Notes: generated by a model from the sequence alone, not told the origin. A DNA stretch of 64,000 nucleotides from an uncultured Gammaproteobacteria bacterium (GCA_938075585.1 CALJHG010000026.1:20303-84302); one strand, 5' to 3'. Positions 11,513 to 22,506 are shown, counted from the first letter of the stretch. Made by a program: numbers and translations.

Positions 11513-13183
11513 TTACCAGACTACTGACGAACCTTCGCCCCTAGGGTCACTTGCCGCGGTTACGGAACCGTCTGCTTTGTCAATAACAATAACCTGCATA
11601 TTGCCGTAATTGCGCCCACTTTCTTTGAGTTTATGCCCTTTCTTACTGAGGGATTCCTGCTCAGATGCGGTTAAACCGTCTTTCTCAAAGTAAATTTGAT
11701 CAGGTAAATATTGGTGATGAAAACGCTTCGACGACACCATCTCAATCGGCTCAGCACCCATAATAAAGTCTAGCGCGGATATCAGTACCATAGAGATTAT
11801 ACGACTCCCGCCCGGCGTGCCCATAATAGCTATCCGATCGGTTCCTTCTAGAAAAGTAGGGGTCATGCTAGAGAGAGGTCGTTTTCCCGGTGCGATCGCG
11901 TTCGCGTCAGCACCCACAAGGCCATAAGTGTTCGGTGTAAACGGTTTCGCTGAAAAATCATCCATTTCATTATTTAATAATACACCTGTCCCTTCAGCAG
12001 TTATCGCCGCTCCAAAAGGAATATTGATACTTAAAGTCGCTGCGACTCTGTTACCTAGACGGTCCACAATGGAAAAATGAGTGGTATCCGTTCCTTTTGG
12101 ACGACTACCTATTTGTGGTAATGAGTTGCTAGGCGTAGCTTCTGTGTCGGAAATTGATGATGCCAACAAATCGGCATGCATCTTAGACGATAACTCTTTT
12201 ACAGGTACCTTTACAAAATCAGGATCGCCTAAATAATCCGCCCTGTCGCGGTAAGCACGCCGCATGGCCTCAACTACTAAATGGATATAAGTGTCTCTTT
12301 CATATTTTTTCAGGTCATATCGCTCGAGAATATTGAGCGCTTCGATAAGCGCTATGCCTCCGGATGAAGGAGGAGGAGACGAAATAATATTTATGTCGTG
12401 ATAAGACGAGACAAGAGGCTGCCTTATCTTAACTTCATAGTTTTCTAAATCCTCAATTCGCCAAATACCACCATCAGAGACTACCGAGTCAACCATTTTT
12501 CTCGCTAAATCGCCCCTATAGAAACTCTCGCCGTTGGAAACTGCAATTGCCTGCAAAGTTTCAGCCAAATCCTTTTGAATGACCCTAAAACCCGCTTTAG
12601 GGACATTGCCCTGATCCAAAAATATTTTGGCAGCATCTTTATGTAAGCGTAAAGCTGAGACCCGATAACCTGCCATCTTTTCATAGCGATCACCGGTTAA
12701 AAATCCTTCCCTGGCCAACCTTATCGCCGGCATTAGATTTTCTTGCAGAGTCAAGTTTGCAAAATTCTCAGAGAGGTAGACTAATCCGGCAGGCAGACCC
12801 GGTATCGCAGCAGCCAACGGACCATTCAACGATCTATCGCGAACAAAATCTCCGGAAAAATCCAAGTACATATCAGCCGTGGCTTTACCCGGCGCTTCCT
12901 CCCTAGCATCAACAAATAAGTTTGTGCCCTCTTTTTGGCTATGAAGCAAAAAGAAACCACCACCACCAATCCCTGAACTATATGGTTCGACAACCGCCAA
13001 AGCTGCGGCAACAGCAATAGCCGCATCAAAGGCATTGCCACCGGCCTCTAATACCTCTTTGCCGGCGAGAGTTGCAGCAGGGTGCGCTGAAGCCACCGCG
13101 GATTCGGCTTGGACGCTATCGCCAAACCAAAGCGCAATAATCATAGCGCTGATATAGCGAAATTTATGGCATGCGTGTGTCAA
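11513..13183 (-). CDS. ggt: gamma-glutamyltranspeptidase
   Basis: 556 aa with a signal peptide; the TTHFSIVDRLGNRVAATLSIN autoprocessing-site region is typical of GGT. Confidence 0.9.
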   Translation of the reverse strand: MTHACHKFRYISAMIIALWFGDSVQAESAVASAHPAATLAGKEVLEAGGNAFDAAIAVAAALAVVEPYSSGIGGGGFFLLHSQKEGTNLFVDAREEAPGKATADMYLDFSGDFVRDRSLNGPLAAAIPGLPAGLVYLSENFANLTLQENLMPAIRLAREGFLTGDRYEKMAGYRVSALRLHKDAAKIFLDQGNVPKAGFRVIQKDLAETLQAIAVSNGESFYRGDLARKMVDSVVSDGGIWRIEDLENYEVKIRQPLVSSYHDINIISSPPPSSGGIALIEALNILERYDLKKYERDTYIHLVVEAMRRAYRDRADYLGDPDFVKVPVKELSSKMHADLLASSISDTEATPSNSLPQIGSRPKGTDTTHFSIVDRLGNRVAATLSINIPFGAAITAEGTGVLLNNEMDDFSAKPFTPNTYGLVGADANAIAPGKRPLSSMTPTFLEGTDRIAIMGTPGGSRIISMVLISALDFIMGAEPIEMVSSKRFHHQYLPDQIYFEKDGLTASEQESLSKKGHKLKESGRNYGNMQVIVIDKADGSVTAASDPRGEGSSVVW

Positions 13184-13184
13184 T

Positions 13185-13463
<279 letters not shown>

Positions 13464-13483
13464 TTAAATAGCTACCCTAGAAG

Positions 13484-13975
13484 CTAACGAGAGCTCGCCG
13501 TTAGTTTGTCGATCAAGACATTTTTTACAATTTTCGGCACAAAGTCAGTAATATCTCCGCCAAATTTCGCTATCTCTCGGACCAATGAGGAAGATATATA
13601 AGTATATTTCTCAGAAGTCGGTAAAAAAATCGTATCCGCTTCCGGCATCAACTTTCGGTTCATGCCAGCAAGCTGAAACTCGTACTCAAAGTCACTTACT
13701 GCGCGCAAGCCTCGCAAAATTACCGAAGCATTGTTTTCTTTTGCACAATCAACCATGAGACCATTAAACTGTATTATTTTAACATTTTTAATTTTTTCTA
13801 AAACGTTCGACGCCAACTCAATCCTTTCCTCTACAGAAAAAATCGTATTCTTCGACGTGCTCCCAGCCACCGCCAATATCACTTGATCAAACATGGGCGA
13901 GGCTCTAACAACTATATCGACATGTCCAAGTGTAATTGGATCAAAGGTGCCAGGATATATCGCGATAGTACTCAA
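13484..13975 (-). CDS. coaD: phosphopantetheine adenylyltransferase
   Basis: 163 aa; IAIYPGTFDPITLGHVDI nucleotidyltransferase motif. Confidence 0.9.
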   Translation of the reverse strand: MSTIAIYPGTFDPITLGHVDIVVRASPMFDQVILAVAGSTSKNTIFSVEERIELASNVLEKIKNVKIIQFNGLMVDCAKENNASVILRGLRAVSDFEYEFQLAGMNRKLMPEADTIFLPTSEKYTYISSSLVREIAKFGGDITDFVPKIVKNVLIDKLTASSR

Positions 13976-14033
13976 TTTACTGCCCTAAATATGAAAATCA
14001 GATAACTTATACCACTTTCCAACAGGAATTTCC

Positions 14034-14606
14034 TTAGCCCTTGGTTAAAAGGCTATATTCCATGCGCTTGGTCGAACCGGCTTTTAATTTTTGCCACTCT
14101 TTTGGTAACTTCACATCATTTTTCAAAAACTCCACATAAACTAAGCCATTTGGTCGAAGATTACGTTCAGCGATTAATTCCAGGGAAGATAACAGAAGGT
14201 CCGATTTGAAGGGGGGATCAAGAAATATGATATCGAACTGAGTGTCACAGGATTCAATATATTTAATTGAATCCTGCAGATACACCTTGGCATTGGATAT
14301 ACCCAAGCTAGTAAGTGACGCACTGATGGCACTGCCTAAGACTTGATTTTTTTCTACAAAAGTAACCGTACTAGCACCTCGGGAGAGTGACTCAATACCT
14401 AACGCCCCAGTGCCAGCAAACAGATCTAGACAACGTGCTCCTTCAATATTCAGAGAGAGCCAATTAAAAAGCGTTTCTTTGACCCGATCCGAAGTAGGCC
14501 TCAGACCTATTGCATGTTCAACAGGAATCTTGGTTCCGCGCAGGTTGCCTCCAACTACACGAACACTTCCAAGCGGTTTACTCATCGCCATCCTGATTCG
14601 GACCAA
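14034..14606 (-). CDS. rsmD: 16S rRNA (guanine966-N2)-methyltransferase
   Basis: DLFAGTGALGIESLSRGA SAM-binding motif and DPPF motif. The real start is probably the internal Met at about 14585-14591; the ORF overlaps the upstream M16 gene's stop. Confidence 0.85.
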   Translation of the reverse strand: MVRIRMAMSKPLGSVRVVGGNLRGTKIPVEHAIGLRPTSDRVKETLFNWLSLNIEGARCLDLFAGTGALGIESLSRGASTVTFVEKNQVLGSAISASLTSLGISNAKVYLQDSIKYIESCDTQFDIIFLDPPFKSDLLLSSLELIAERNLRPNGLVYVEFLKNDVKLPKEWQKLKAGSTKRMEYSLLTKG

Positions 14607-15897
14607 CTATTACCGTTACTAATTTTTCCGGCGATAAATATCGGTTAAATACTTTACTAACCTCCGCAGGGGTCACTCGGCCAACATTCCCAGCGAAAGT
14701 TTCTATGTAATCGATTGGTAATTTATAGAATCCTATCATAGCTAAATAATTCAGAATTTCCGCATTAGTATCAACTCTCAGGGGAAATCCCCTTGTCAAA
14801 TTGTCTTTAGCGCTAGCTATGTCCTCACCCGAAAACCCCTCAAGCCTCAATTTTTCTAGCGAGCTATCTAACACGCTAAGTGCTTCCTCTTGGTTCCCTC
14901 GATCGGTTTGTAGAGCAGCTACCAAACTACCTCCATTCAATTTCGGAGAAAAATAACTGTAAGCCGAGTAGGCTAAGCCCCTTTCCTCTCTAATCGATCT
15001 GAACAATACCGAAACTAATGAGTTTCCTCCCAGAGCATGGTTGGCTACTAATAAGGGAAAATAGTCTGGATGACCTCTCTCAACACCCCGGACACCAACT
15101 CGGATATGACTTTGTATTGAAGGAAAATTTCGCTTGATTAAAATACCTCGCGTCTTTTTTGACGGTGGCGAAAATGCTTCATCAGCGCGCTCGCCGCTCG
15201 CCAAAACAGAACTAATTTCTTCTGCCATAGCTTTGGCTTGCCTAGGATTTATCGCGCCTACAATCGATATATTAAGATTCTTAGCAACATAAAATTCGTT
15301 AAAGAACTTACTCACATCGTCCCGAGTGAAGGACTTGAGCGATTCAGCAGTGCCTTCATGGGGGAAGCCATAAGGATGCGCTGCAAACAACTCGGCATAC
15401 AACTCATCTTGCGCCACAGCCGCCGGAGACTGTTTTTTAAAGTCTAATCCGATCAATGTTTTTGCCACTAGTCTGTCTAAGTCGATGTCATCAAACCTAG
15501 GCGAAGATAACGCCAACTTTAGCAATCTCATCACGGCTTCTAAATTAGTGTCCTCGGTTAGACTGCGCATCTTTATGTATCCCATATCCGAGGTGGAACC
15601 AGATGAGAGAATACCGCCAGTGAGTCCAATTGCCTCGTTAAACGCATCAACATTTAAATTACTTGCGCCTTGTAAAATTAGCGCACTCACTAAATTCGCT
15701 AGTCCATGTTTTGTCCCATCTCGAATACTGCCCGCATCAAAAGCCAGGTACATATCAACCATATCTAGTTCAGGCACCTGCGCATAAAGCACTGACACAT
15801 TATTTTCGGTACTCCACGACTCCACCTGCACTTTGGCACTAATACAAAGTGGAAAAACTAACAATAAAACTAACATTGTCGAAACAAAATTTTTCAT
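14578..15897 (-). CDS. M16 (pitrilysin) family peptidase, probable non-catalytic partner subunit, secreted
   Basis: 439 aa with a signal peptide; M16 fold but no HxxEH motif; 4-nt overlap with the upstream M16 gene. Confidence 0.7.
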   Translation of the reverse strand: MKNFVSTMLVLLLVFPLCISAKVQVESWSTENNVSVLYAQVPELDMVDMYLAFDAGSIRDGTKHGLANLVSALILQGASNLNVDAFNEAIGLTGGILSSGSTSDMGYIKMRSLTEDTNLEAVMRLLKLALSSPRFDDIDLDRLVAKTLIGLDFKKQSPAAVAQDELYAELFAAHPYGFPHEGTAESLKSFTRDDVSKFFNEFYVAKNLNISIVGAINPRQAKAMAEEISSVLASGERADEAFSPPSKKTRGILIKRNFPSIQSHIRVGVRGVERGHPDYFPLLVANHALGGNSLVSVLFRSIREERGLAYSAYSYFSPKLNGGSLVAALQTDRGNQEEALSVLDSSLEKLRLEGFSGEDIASAKDNLTRGFPLRVDTNAEILNYLAMIGFYKLPIDYIETFAGNVGRVTPAEVSKVFNRYLSPEKLVTVIVGPNQDGDE

Positions 15898-17273
15898 AAC
15901 GAACTCTCAGGCAAGAGTTGGGTAGTAGCCAAAGCATCCGATCTAATATATTTTTTTACAACAGCAACAAGATCAGTCGCTGTAATCTCTGTTATGTTTT
16001 CAATATATTCATCTTTCAAACGCCAGTCCAAACCCACAGACTCTAACTGTCCAATAATAGTCGCCTGATTTTCCATTGAGTCCATTGCATAAACCCTATT
16101 TGCTATAACTTGTGACTTCACTCGCTGCATTTCTATCTGGGTTGGCGGACTTTGAATTATTTCTAAAAGCTCGCTTTTAATAGCTACTTCAAGTTGATCA
16201 AGGGTGACCCCCGCAACTGGAACCGCGCTAATTGAAAATAGCGTGTCCAAAAGAGATACCGGTGAATATCCAATCGACGCGAAAGTAGCTAGAGACTTTC
16301 CTCTAATTAGATGTTTGGCAAAACGGGCACTGGCATCACCGTCCAACACCTCTGCTAGGACATCAAGCGCATACACATCAGCCTCATCAATCTCATCAGA
16401 CGCCCTTACACTGCCAAGAGAAGGTACTTTGTAACTCATTAATAATAGCGGCACTCGCGCCTTATCACTAGTCATGACAAGTCTTTTAGTTCCCTGACCG
16501 ACGCGCTCCTTCGTACTTCTCAAGAAAGGGACTCTCTCACGAGCTAAGCTACCAAAATGCTGTTGCGCTAATTTATGTACCGCTTTCGAAGAAACATCAC
16601 CTACCACCACCACAGTAGCGTTGTTTGGTGCGTACCATTGCTGATACCACTTCTCCAAATCGTCTAATCGCATTCCTTTGATGTCAGACTCCCATCCGAT
16701 AACCGGGTGACGATAAGGGCTTTCTTGAAACACTAGTGCCCTGTTAGCCTCCCGCGCCAGGCCTTGGGGATTATCATCCGTTCGTAATCGACGTTCTTCT
16801 AAAACTACATTTATTTCCTTTAAAAACTCTTCCTCTTTTAAAACAAGATTGTTCATCCGATCAGCTTCTAATTCAAAGCTTAAGCCTACATTTTCTGACG
16901 ACCATTGCTGATAATAGGCGGTATAATCAGAACTAGTAAATGCATTCTCGCGCCCACCTTTTTCGGCTACTATCTGAGAAAATCGGCCGTCAGGATAGGC
17001 CTCCGTACCTTTAAACATCATGTGCTCAAGGGCATGGGACACTCCAGTTATGCCCCTATGCTCATGAGCAGACCCAACTTTATACCAGATCTGTACTACT
17101 GCAACCGGTGCGCGCTGGTCTTCCTGAACTATTAACTTCAAGCCATTTGACAATTGAAACTCCTGCGACATAGGGCTTGCAAGCGGCAGTGCTATTAGAG
17201 CTATGGTAGTAAAAATTGATAAGATGGCATTCGGCCACATAATTTTGACCCTCAAAGAGTAAAATAACGGCAA
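15894..17273 (-). CDS. M16 (pitrilysin) family zinc peptidase, catalytic subunit, secreted
   Basis: 459 aa with a signal peptide; HALEHMMFKGT inverted zincin HxxEH motif. Confidence 0.8.
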   Translation of the reverse strand: MPLFYSLRVKIMWPNAILSIFTTIALIALPLASPMSQEFQLSNGLKLIVQEDQRAPVAVVQIWYKVGSAHEHRGITGVSHALEHMMFKGTEAYPDGRFSQIVAEKGGRENAFTSSDYTAYYQQWSSENVGLSFELEADRMNNLVLKEEEFLKEINVVLEERRLRTDDNPQGLAREANRALVFQESPYRHPVIGWESDIKGMRLDDLEKWYQQWYAPNNATVVVVGDVSSKAVHKLAQQHFGSLARERVPFLRSTKERVGQGTKRLVMTSDKARVPLLLMSYKVPSLGSVRASDEIDEADVYALDVLAEVLDGDASARFAKHLIRGKSLATFASIGYSPVSLLDTLFSISAVPVAGVTLDQLEVAIKSELLEIIQSPPTQIEMQRVKSQVIANRVYAMDSMENQATIIGQLESVGLDWRLKDEYIENITEITATDLVAVVKKYIRSDALATTQLLPESSL

Positions 17274-17333
17274 AAAAAGATATTATCTTATTGTATTACA
17301 GCTCAAACCCTAACTAAAAATTAAATAAATGCA

Positions 17334-18278
17334 ATGTTAGAAAACAACATTTCTGGAATGAATAAAAGCCATATGTTTAGCAAATTACTAAAACAACTAA
17401 GACGTAAAAAGGACTCATTCGGTAATCGTATTTCCGGACTGTTCGGAAATAAAACTCTCGTCAGAGAGGACTTGTTACAAAATTTAGAACGAGTACTTCT
17501 TACAAGTGATGTAGGGATCAAGGCCTCAGGGCGAATAATAGCAGCCGTTAAAAACTCCTCTCACAATGAATCTCCGATTGAAAACATTCGATATGAAATG
17601 CAGCGGATTCTAGAGGCGGCTCAACAGCCGCTAACAATAGAAAATCACCAAAAACAACCGTTTATAATTTTGGTAGTAGGGGTTAACGGTGCTGGGAAAA
17701 CCACCTCCATCGCCAAATTAGCAAAAAATCTAAAAGAACGTGGACTAATGGTTGTACTAGCCGCAGGGGACACGTTTCGAGCCGCGGCGGTCGAACAAAT
17801 ACAAGAGTGGGGGTTGAGGTTGAACCTCCCGGTTATATCCAAACCCTCGGGCAGTGATCCGGCATCGCTGGCATATGAAGCTCATCAACAAGCTATATCT
17901 CTCGGGGCCGATGTCCTGATTATAGATACTGCTGGGCGACTCCATACCCAAGACGACCTCATGGCAGAGTTGAAAAAAATCAAACGAGTCATCGGCAAAC
18001 AAGACGACTCGGCGCCGCACGAAGTTATATTAGTGCTTGATGGAACCTCAGGACAAAACACGCTCAAACAAACAGAAATATTTGTTAAAGAGATCGATAT
18101 TTCGTCTCTCATCGTAACTAAACTGGATGGTACTGCAAAAGGTGGTGCATTATTTAATCTTGCTAATGAATTTGAATTACCCGTGAGGTATATAGGTATA
18201 GGCGAAGGTTTGGACGATCTTCTGGAATTCGATGCAAAAGATTTCGTCAGTTCACTGTTACATAATGTTGGAGACTAA
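17334..18278 (+). CDS. ftsY: signal recognition particle receptor FtsY (short form lacking the acidic A domain)
   Basis: 314 aa; GVNGAGKTTSIAKLA P-loop, DTAGR, and TKLDGTAKGG SRP-GTPase motifs. Confidence 0.9.
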   Translation: MLENNISGMNKSHMFSKLLKQLRRKKDSFGNRISGLFGNKTLVREDLLQNLERVLLTSDVGIKASGRIIAAVKNSSHNESPIENIRYEMQRILEAAQQPLTIENHQKQPFIILVVGVNGAGKTTSIAKLAKNLKERGLMVVLAAGDTFRAAAVEQIQEWGLRLNLPVISKPSGSDPASLAYEAHQQAISLGADVLIIDTAGRLHTQDDLMAELKKIKRVIGKQDDSAPHEVILVLDGTSGQNTLKQTEIFVKEIDISSLIVTKLDGTAKGGALFNLANEFELPVRYIGIGEGLDDLLEFDAKDFVSSLLHNVGD

Positions 18279-18393
18279 AAATACAAAGACTGTCGCCGAC
18301 CACTTCAAATCATGCAAGCTATTAAAAAAGTTGGCACTCAGCCTGTGCGAGTGCTAAAATCGTAACTTGAATCGCATTATAAAAGGATAATCT

Positions 18394-19263
18394 ATGTCCA
18401 AAGCCATAAATATCAACCTGCCATCACTGGCCGGGTCACTCGAAAATTATATTTTATCGGCTAACCAAGTACCCATGCTTTCATTTGAAAAAGAGCAGGA
18501 GCTTGCAAAAAGGCTGATCAACAACAATGATTTAGATGCCGCTCGTCAGCTGGTAATGTCGCATCTAAAATTCGTGGTCAAAATTGCTCGCGGCTATGAC
18601 GGATACGGACTCTCTTTAAGCGACCTCATTCAAGAGGGCAATGTGGGCCTGATGCAGGCAGTGAAAAGGTTTAATCCAGATAAAGGAGTGCGGTTAGCTG
18701 CATTCGCGGCCTACTGGATAAAATCTTGCATGCATGAATTCATCCTAAAAAATTGGAGAATAGTAAAAATAGCCACAACAAAAGCGCAGAGAAAGCTATT
18801 TTTCAACCTCAGAAGCGTCAAAAAATCACTTGGATGGCTAAACTCCGCTGAAAAATCAGTTATCGCGAATGATCTTGGTGTAGCCAACAAAGACATAGAA
18901 ACAATGGAGCAACGACTAGTTGCGTCTGATTTAACCTTCGAACGGCCACTATCTGACTCGGATGATGCCCAAAATGCGCCTGAAGAAGTAATTGAGGACT
19001 ACACCTTTGAACCGTCAGCGGTAAACGAACGGATCGAACATAGAGATTTAGCTCAAGACGGTCTAAAAAATGCACTTCTTAAATTAGATGACAGAAGTCG
19101 AGATATCATCGTGAGTAGATGGCTTCGCGACCCTAAGAATACGCTAATAGAATTAGCCGATCGATACAATGTTTCTGCAGAAAGGATTCGCCAGCTGGAA
19201 AAAAGTGCCTTTGCGGAGATGAAATCATATCTACCAAAAATAAGTGATATTGACTCCAATTAA
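18394..19263 (+). CDS. rpoH: RNA polymerase sigma-32 factor
   Basis: 289 aa; sigma-70 region 2 (QEGNVGLMQAVKRFNPDKGVRLAAFAAYWIK), an RpoH-box-like segment, and region 4. Confidence 0.9.
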   Translation: MSKAININLPSLAGSLENYILSANQVPMLSFEKEQELAKRLINNNDLDAARQLVMSHLKFVVKIARGYDGYGLSLSDLIQEGNVGLMQAVKRFNPDKGVRLAAFAAYWIKSCMHEFILKNWRIVKIATTKAQRKLFFNLRSVKKSLGWLNSAEKSVIANDLGVANKDIETMEQRLVASDLTFERPLSDSDDAQNAPEEVIEDYTFEPSAVNERIEHRDLAQDGLKNALLKLDDRSRDIIVSRWLRDPKNTLIELADRYNVSAERIRQLEKSAFAEMKSYLPKISDIDSN

Positions 19264-19301
19264 GTCCGTTTCATTGCTAATTTTCAGATCCGCAAAACTG
19301 A

Positions 19302-20222
19302 TTAACTAGCGCTACTAATAACAAAAACTAAATCGCTCCAATAATGATCTATAAAGAAAAAGCCAAATAACAGCGTTAAATATACTATCGAATATCTGAA
19401 AATAGTCATTGCCAACTCATCCGAGTGGTCAAATTGCATCTTTATCACATAAAATAAAAGCACTACGTTTAGGCTAACCGCACCTACGAGATATGGTACT
19501 CCGCTCATGTAGGTGATGTACGGCAGTAAAGTTGCTATGACTAGCATGACAGAGTAATAAAGTATCTGCATTCGAGTATAGGTGACCCCATGAGTTACGG
19601 GAAGCATAGGTATGAGCGCCTTAGCATAATCATCGCGCCGATAAATCGCTAAGGCCCAAAAATGAGGCGGAGTCCAAACAAAAATAATCAAAAACAACAA
19701 TAGAGCGTGTGGATCCACCGAACCGGTGACTGCCGTCCATCCCAAAACTGGTGGTGCGGCTCCAGCGGCGCCACCAATTACAATGTTTTGGGGCGTCGCA
19801 TGCTTTAGATACATTGTGTAAACCACAGCGTAACCAATCAGAGACGCAAACGTCAAAATCGCGGTTATACGATTAACCAGCACGTCAAGTACAACCATAG
19901 AAATGGTGCCTAGAACGATAGCAAATACCAGCGCTTGGCCCCTAGTCAACCCTCCTTGAGGAAGTGGCCGATTACGGGTTCTCTCCATTAATGCGTCAGT
20001 TCGACTTTCTACCACGTGATTCAGCGCAGCCGCCGAGCACGCCGCCAAACCTATACCAAAAGTGCCCGCCAACAATGTCGACAAACTTACCCACTCAGGG
20101 GTCGCTAGAAACATTCCTATGATCGCTGTGAAAACGATCAAGCTTACCACTCTTGGCTTGCATAGCTTTAAATATTCTGACGAATAACTGAGGACGCCTG
20201 AAAAAGGGACAGAGGAGCTCAT
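19302..20222 (-). CDS. cyoE: protoheme IX farnesyltransferase (heme O synthase)
   Basis: 306 aa polytopic UbiA-family protein, last gene of the cox cluster. Confidence 0.9.
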   Translation of the reverse strand: MSSSVPFSGVLSYSSEYLKLCKPRVVSLIVFTAIIGMFLATPEWVSLSTLLAGTFGIGLAACSAAALNHVVESRTDALMERTRNRPLPQGGLTRGQALVFAIVLGTISMVVLDVLVNRITAILTFASLIGYAVVYTMYLKHATPQNIVIGGAAGAAPPVLGWTAVTGSVDPHALLLFLIIFVWTPPHFWALAIYRRDDYAKALIPMLPVTHGVTYTRMQILYYSVMLVIATLLPYITYMSGVPYLVGAVSLNVVLLFYVIKMQFDHSDELAMTIFRYSIVYLTLLFGFFFIDHYWSDLVFVISSAS

Positions 20223-20223
20223 A

Positions 20224-21216
20224 TCAATCCGAGGTACGGGTGAAAAACAGCATCGTCAGCAATACTAGGAATAGAATAGCTCCCACACCGTTGTGAGCTA
20301 CGGCAACCGAAATCGGCAGTCCGCCAACAATGTTGATCAACCCTAAAAAAATTTGACATGTGAGAACGCATAACAATACCCAGGCAAGCTTTTTAATCCG
20401 ACTATCACCAAGCGTCATAGAACGCCAAATCAGAATCAAAAGCACAATGGTCGTAACTACCGCACCAATTCTATGAACCATGTGAATACTCATTCTAGCA
20501 GGTGTGTCCAAAACTCCATACTCATAATCAACACCCAAACCTCGCCACAAAGTGAACGCTTCGCCTAGCTGCTCACTTGGAAACCATTTACCCCCACACG
20601 TGGGTAGCTCAGTGCACGCGAGCGCGGCATAATTAGTACTCGTCCACCCACCTAAAAATATTTGACAAAATACCGTTAATAACCCAATCCAAACGAACAT
20701 CTTTAATTTATTCGGGACCTTAACAGACACGTCTAAATACTTTATCTGTAAAGTATTCCAAAACAACAAAGAAAGTGTAATCAAACCACCCAAGAGATGA
20801 GCAGTCACAATTAAAGGCTTTAACAGAAGTGTGACAGTCCACATTCCAAGCGCACCTTGAAACATAACTAAGGGAACCAAACAGTAGGCCACTGCCGGAT
20901 TTATTCCTATAGTGCGGCGTCTATAAAATGCAATCCCAGCTAAACACAAAATACCAAACCCTAGCGCACTAGCTAAATAACGATGAATCATTTCGCGCCA
21001 CGCTTTGCCCGCCTCCAAGGGTCGTTGGGCTAGCCATTGATCATCAGCGGATAAGTTTTTTTCAGCAGGCACCAACAATTTCCCGTAGCAGCCAGGCCAG
21101 TCAGGGCAACCCAGCCCAGCATCAGTTAACCTAACATAGGCACCAAATACCATGACGACCATGGTTAACACCAGTAACGCAATAGATAAATTCAGGTACG
21201 TCCGTCTAATAGTCAT
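20224..21216 (-). CDS. ctaA: heme A synthase (COX15/CtaA family)
   Basis: 330 aa, 8-TM with conserved His residues; lies between the cox-cluster hypothetical and cyoE. Confidence 0.8.
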   Translation of the reverse strand: MTIRRTYLNLSIALLVLTMVVMVFGAYVRLTDAGLGCPDWPGCYGKLLVPAEKNLSADDQWLAQRPLEAGKAWREMIHRYLASALGFGILCLAGIAFYRRRTIGINPAVAYCLVPLVMFQGALGMWTVTLLLKPLIVTAHLLGGLITLSLLFWNTLQIKYLDVSVKVPNKLKMFVWIGLLTVFCQIFLGGWTSTNYAALACTELPTCGGKWFPSEQLGEAFTLWRGLGVDYEYGVLDTPARMSIHMVHRIGAVVTTIVLLILIWRSMTLGDSRIKKLAWVLLCVLTCQIFLGLINIVGGLPISVAVAHNGVGAILFLVLLTMLFFTRTSD

Positions 21217-21794
21217 TTAATCTTAGAAGCACGTAACAACCGTTGGAGATCCTTCTTTATACTGGCGGGATCAGCGTCAATAACAAAATAATTGACAATT
21301 TGACCCCGCCAATCTAAAAAAACCACTCCATCGCTCACAGGTTCAACTACGCCTCGTTCTTTAACTAATTTGGCCAATTGCTGGGCTAAATTAGTATTAC
21401 GTATATGCATAAAGCCCGAAATATCTTTTTCAGATTCAAACAAGCCGATTAGCTTGAATCGGCTACCAGAATGACCTAACACATCTCGAATAACAGCTAA
21501 GTTAGACACGGCTTTCACGCATTTCGCTTCACACAGGCCATTTGTAAATAGAATAGCCCCCCATTCGCTCGGCTCCAATGTGATCGTCTGCAACGGCTCT
21601 AGCTCGATTTCAGATTTTATATCAAGAGGCGGCTGCAGTAAGAATCCCTTATTCAGTAATGGACCTAATCCTACGCTCTGCGGCGACTGGACAAGCATCC
21701 AAGCGACAACGAGTGGCAAAATAAAACAGGCTATTACCAAAAACAGTGGCCACCTACTAGCAGAGTGCTCACGACTAGACTTTTTATTCATCAA
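21213..21794 (-). CDS. cox-cluster hypothetical membrane-anchored protein with CxxxC motif (possible SCO-like/thioredoxin-fold assembly factor)
   Basis: 193 aa; N-terminal TM anchor, NGLCEAKC motif; translationally coupled to SURF1 (11-nt overlap) and ctaA (4-nt overlap). Confidence 0.45.
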   Translation of the reverse strand: MMNKKSSREHSASRWPLFLVIACFILPLVVAWMLVQSPQSVGLGPLLNKGFLLQPPLDIKSEIELEPLQTITLEPSEWGAILFTNGLCEAKCVKAVSNLAVIRDVLGHSGSRFKLIGLFESEKDISGFMHIRNTNLAQQLAKLVKERGVVEPVSDGVVFLDWRGQIVNYFVIDADPASIKKDLQRLLRASKIK

Positions 21795-22506
21795 GTGACT
21801 TTTTCCTAAATAAATTCCACAGTCCTATAAAAGCCAAGATAGCAGCCATACTGAACCATTGTGTTGCATATGCCTCGTGTTTCTCACTACCTGACCCAGG
21901 TAACTTACGATCCACCTTCAAAGCACCAACTTGTGAGCCTTCTAGATAAAAAACATCTTTCAAAAGGACCTTCCCTTTACTGACGTTCCCGAGAGTTGAC
22001 GGATCAACTCTCTGAACTCGAATAGCGCTATCTCCTAATTTTTCTTTGAGGTCAGTTTTATCCCCACCAAAAAAGCTTACGCCTACAACAGGAGGGGGTC
22101 CAAAATAACCTTTAATCTCTAGTCTCTTTGATTGAACAGACACACTAGGAACAAAATCTCTTGATCCGCGATTCGAGACCCAACCGCGATTGACTAGTAC
22201 TGCGTGACCGTCATGTAATTTAAAGGGTGTTAGCACTTCGTATCCACTCTGCTTCATGTACACCCTATTATCTAAAAGTAAGTTCGTATCCTCATAACTT
22301 CCTACAAGTACCGCTTTTCTCCATTTAAGATCCACCTGCAGTGCACCATTTTCTAGGCGAAGTTCTGAACTTTGATGTTTTTCCAAAAAATTTCCATACC
22401 GCTCGCGCTTCTGTTCAGCCCTATCTAGCTGCCAAAAACCTAAAATACTTAAAAGCCCAATTGACAGGCTAAAAAGTACCACCAACAGTATACGTCGCAC
22501 GTTCAA
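21784..22506 (-). CDS. SURF1 family cytochrome oxidase assembly protein
   Basis: 240 aa; N-terminal TM + LGFWQLDRAEQK motif, C-terminal TM. Confidence 0.8.
   Translation of the reverse strand: MNVRRILLVVLFSLSIGLLSILGFWQLDRAEQKRERYGNFLEKHQSSELRLENGALQVDLKWRKAVLVGSYEDTNLLLDNRVYMKQSGYEVLTPFKLHDGHAVLVNRGWVSNRGSRDFVPSVSVQSKRLEIKGYFGPPPVVGVSFFGGDKTDLKEKLGDSAIRVQRVDPSTLGNVSKGKVLLKDVFYLEGSQVGALKVDRKLPGSGSEKHEAYATQWFSMAAILAFIGLWNLFRKKSLDE

Noticed and set aside
18340-18365. Possible sigma-54 (-24/-12) promoter GGCAC...TGC upstream of rpoH
   Set aside because: The GG to GC spacing is 12 to 13 nt instead of the required 10 nt, so it does not fit the sigma-54 consensus.
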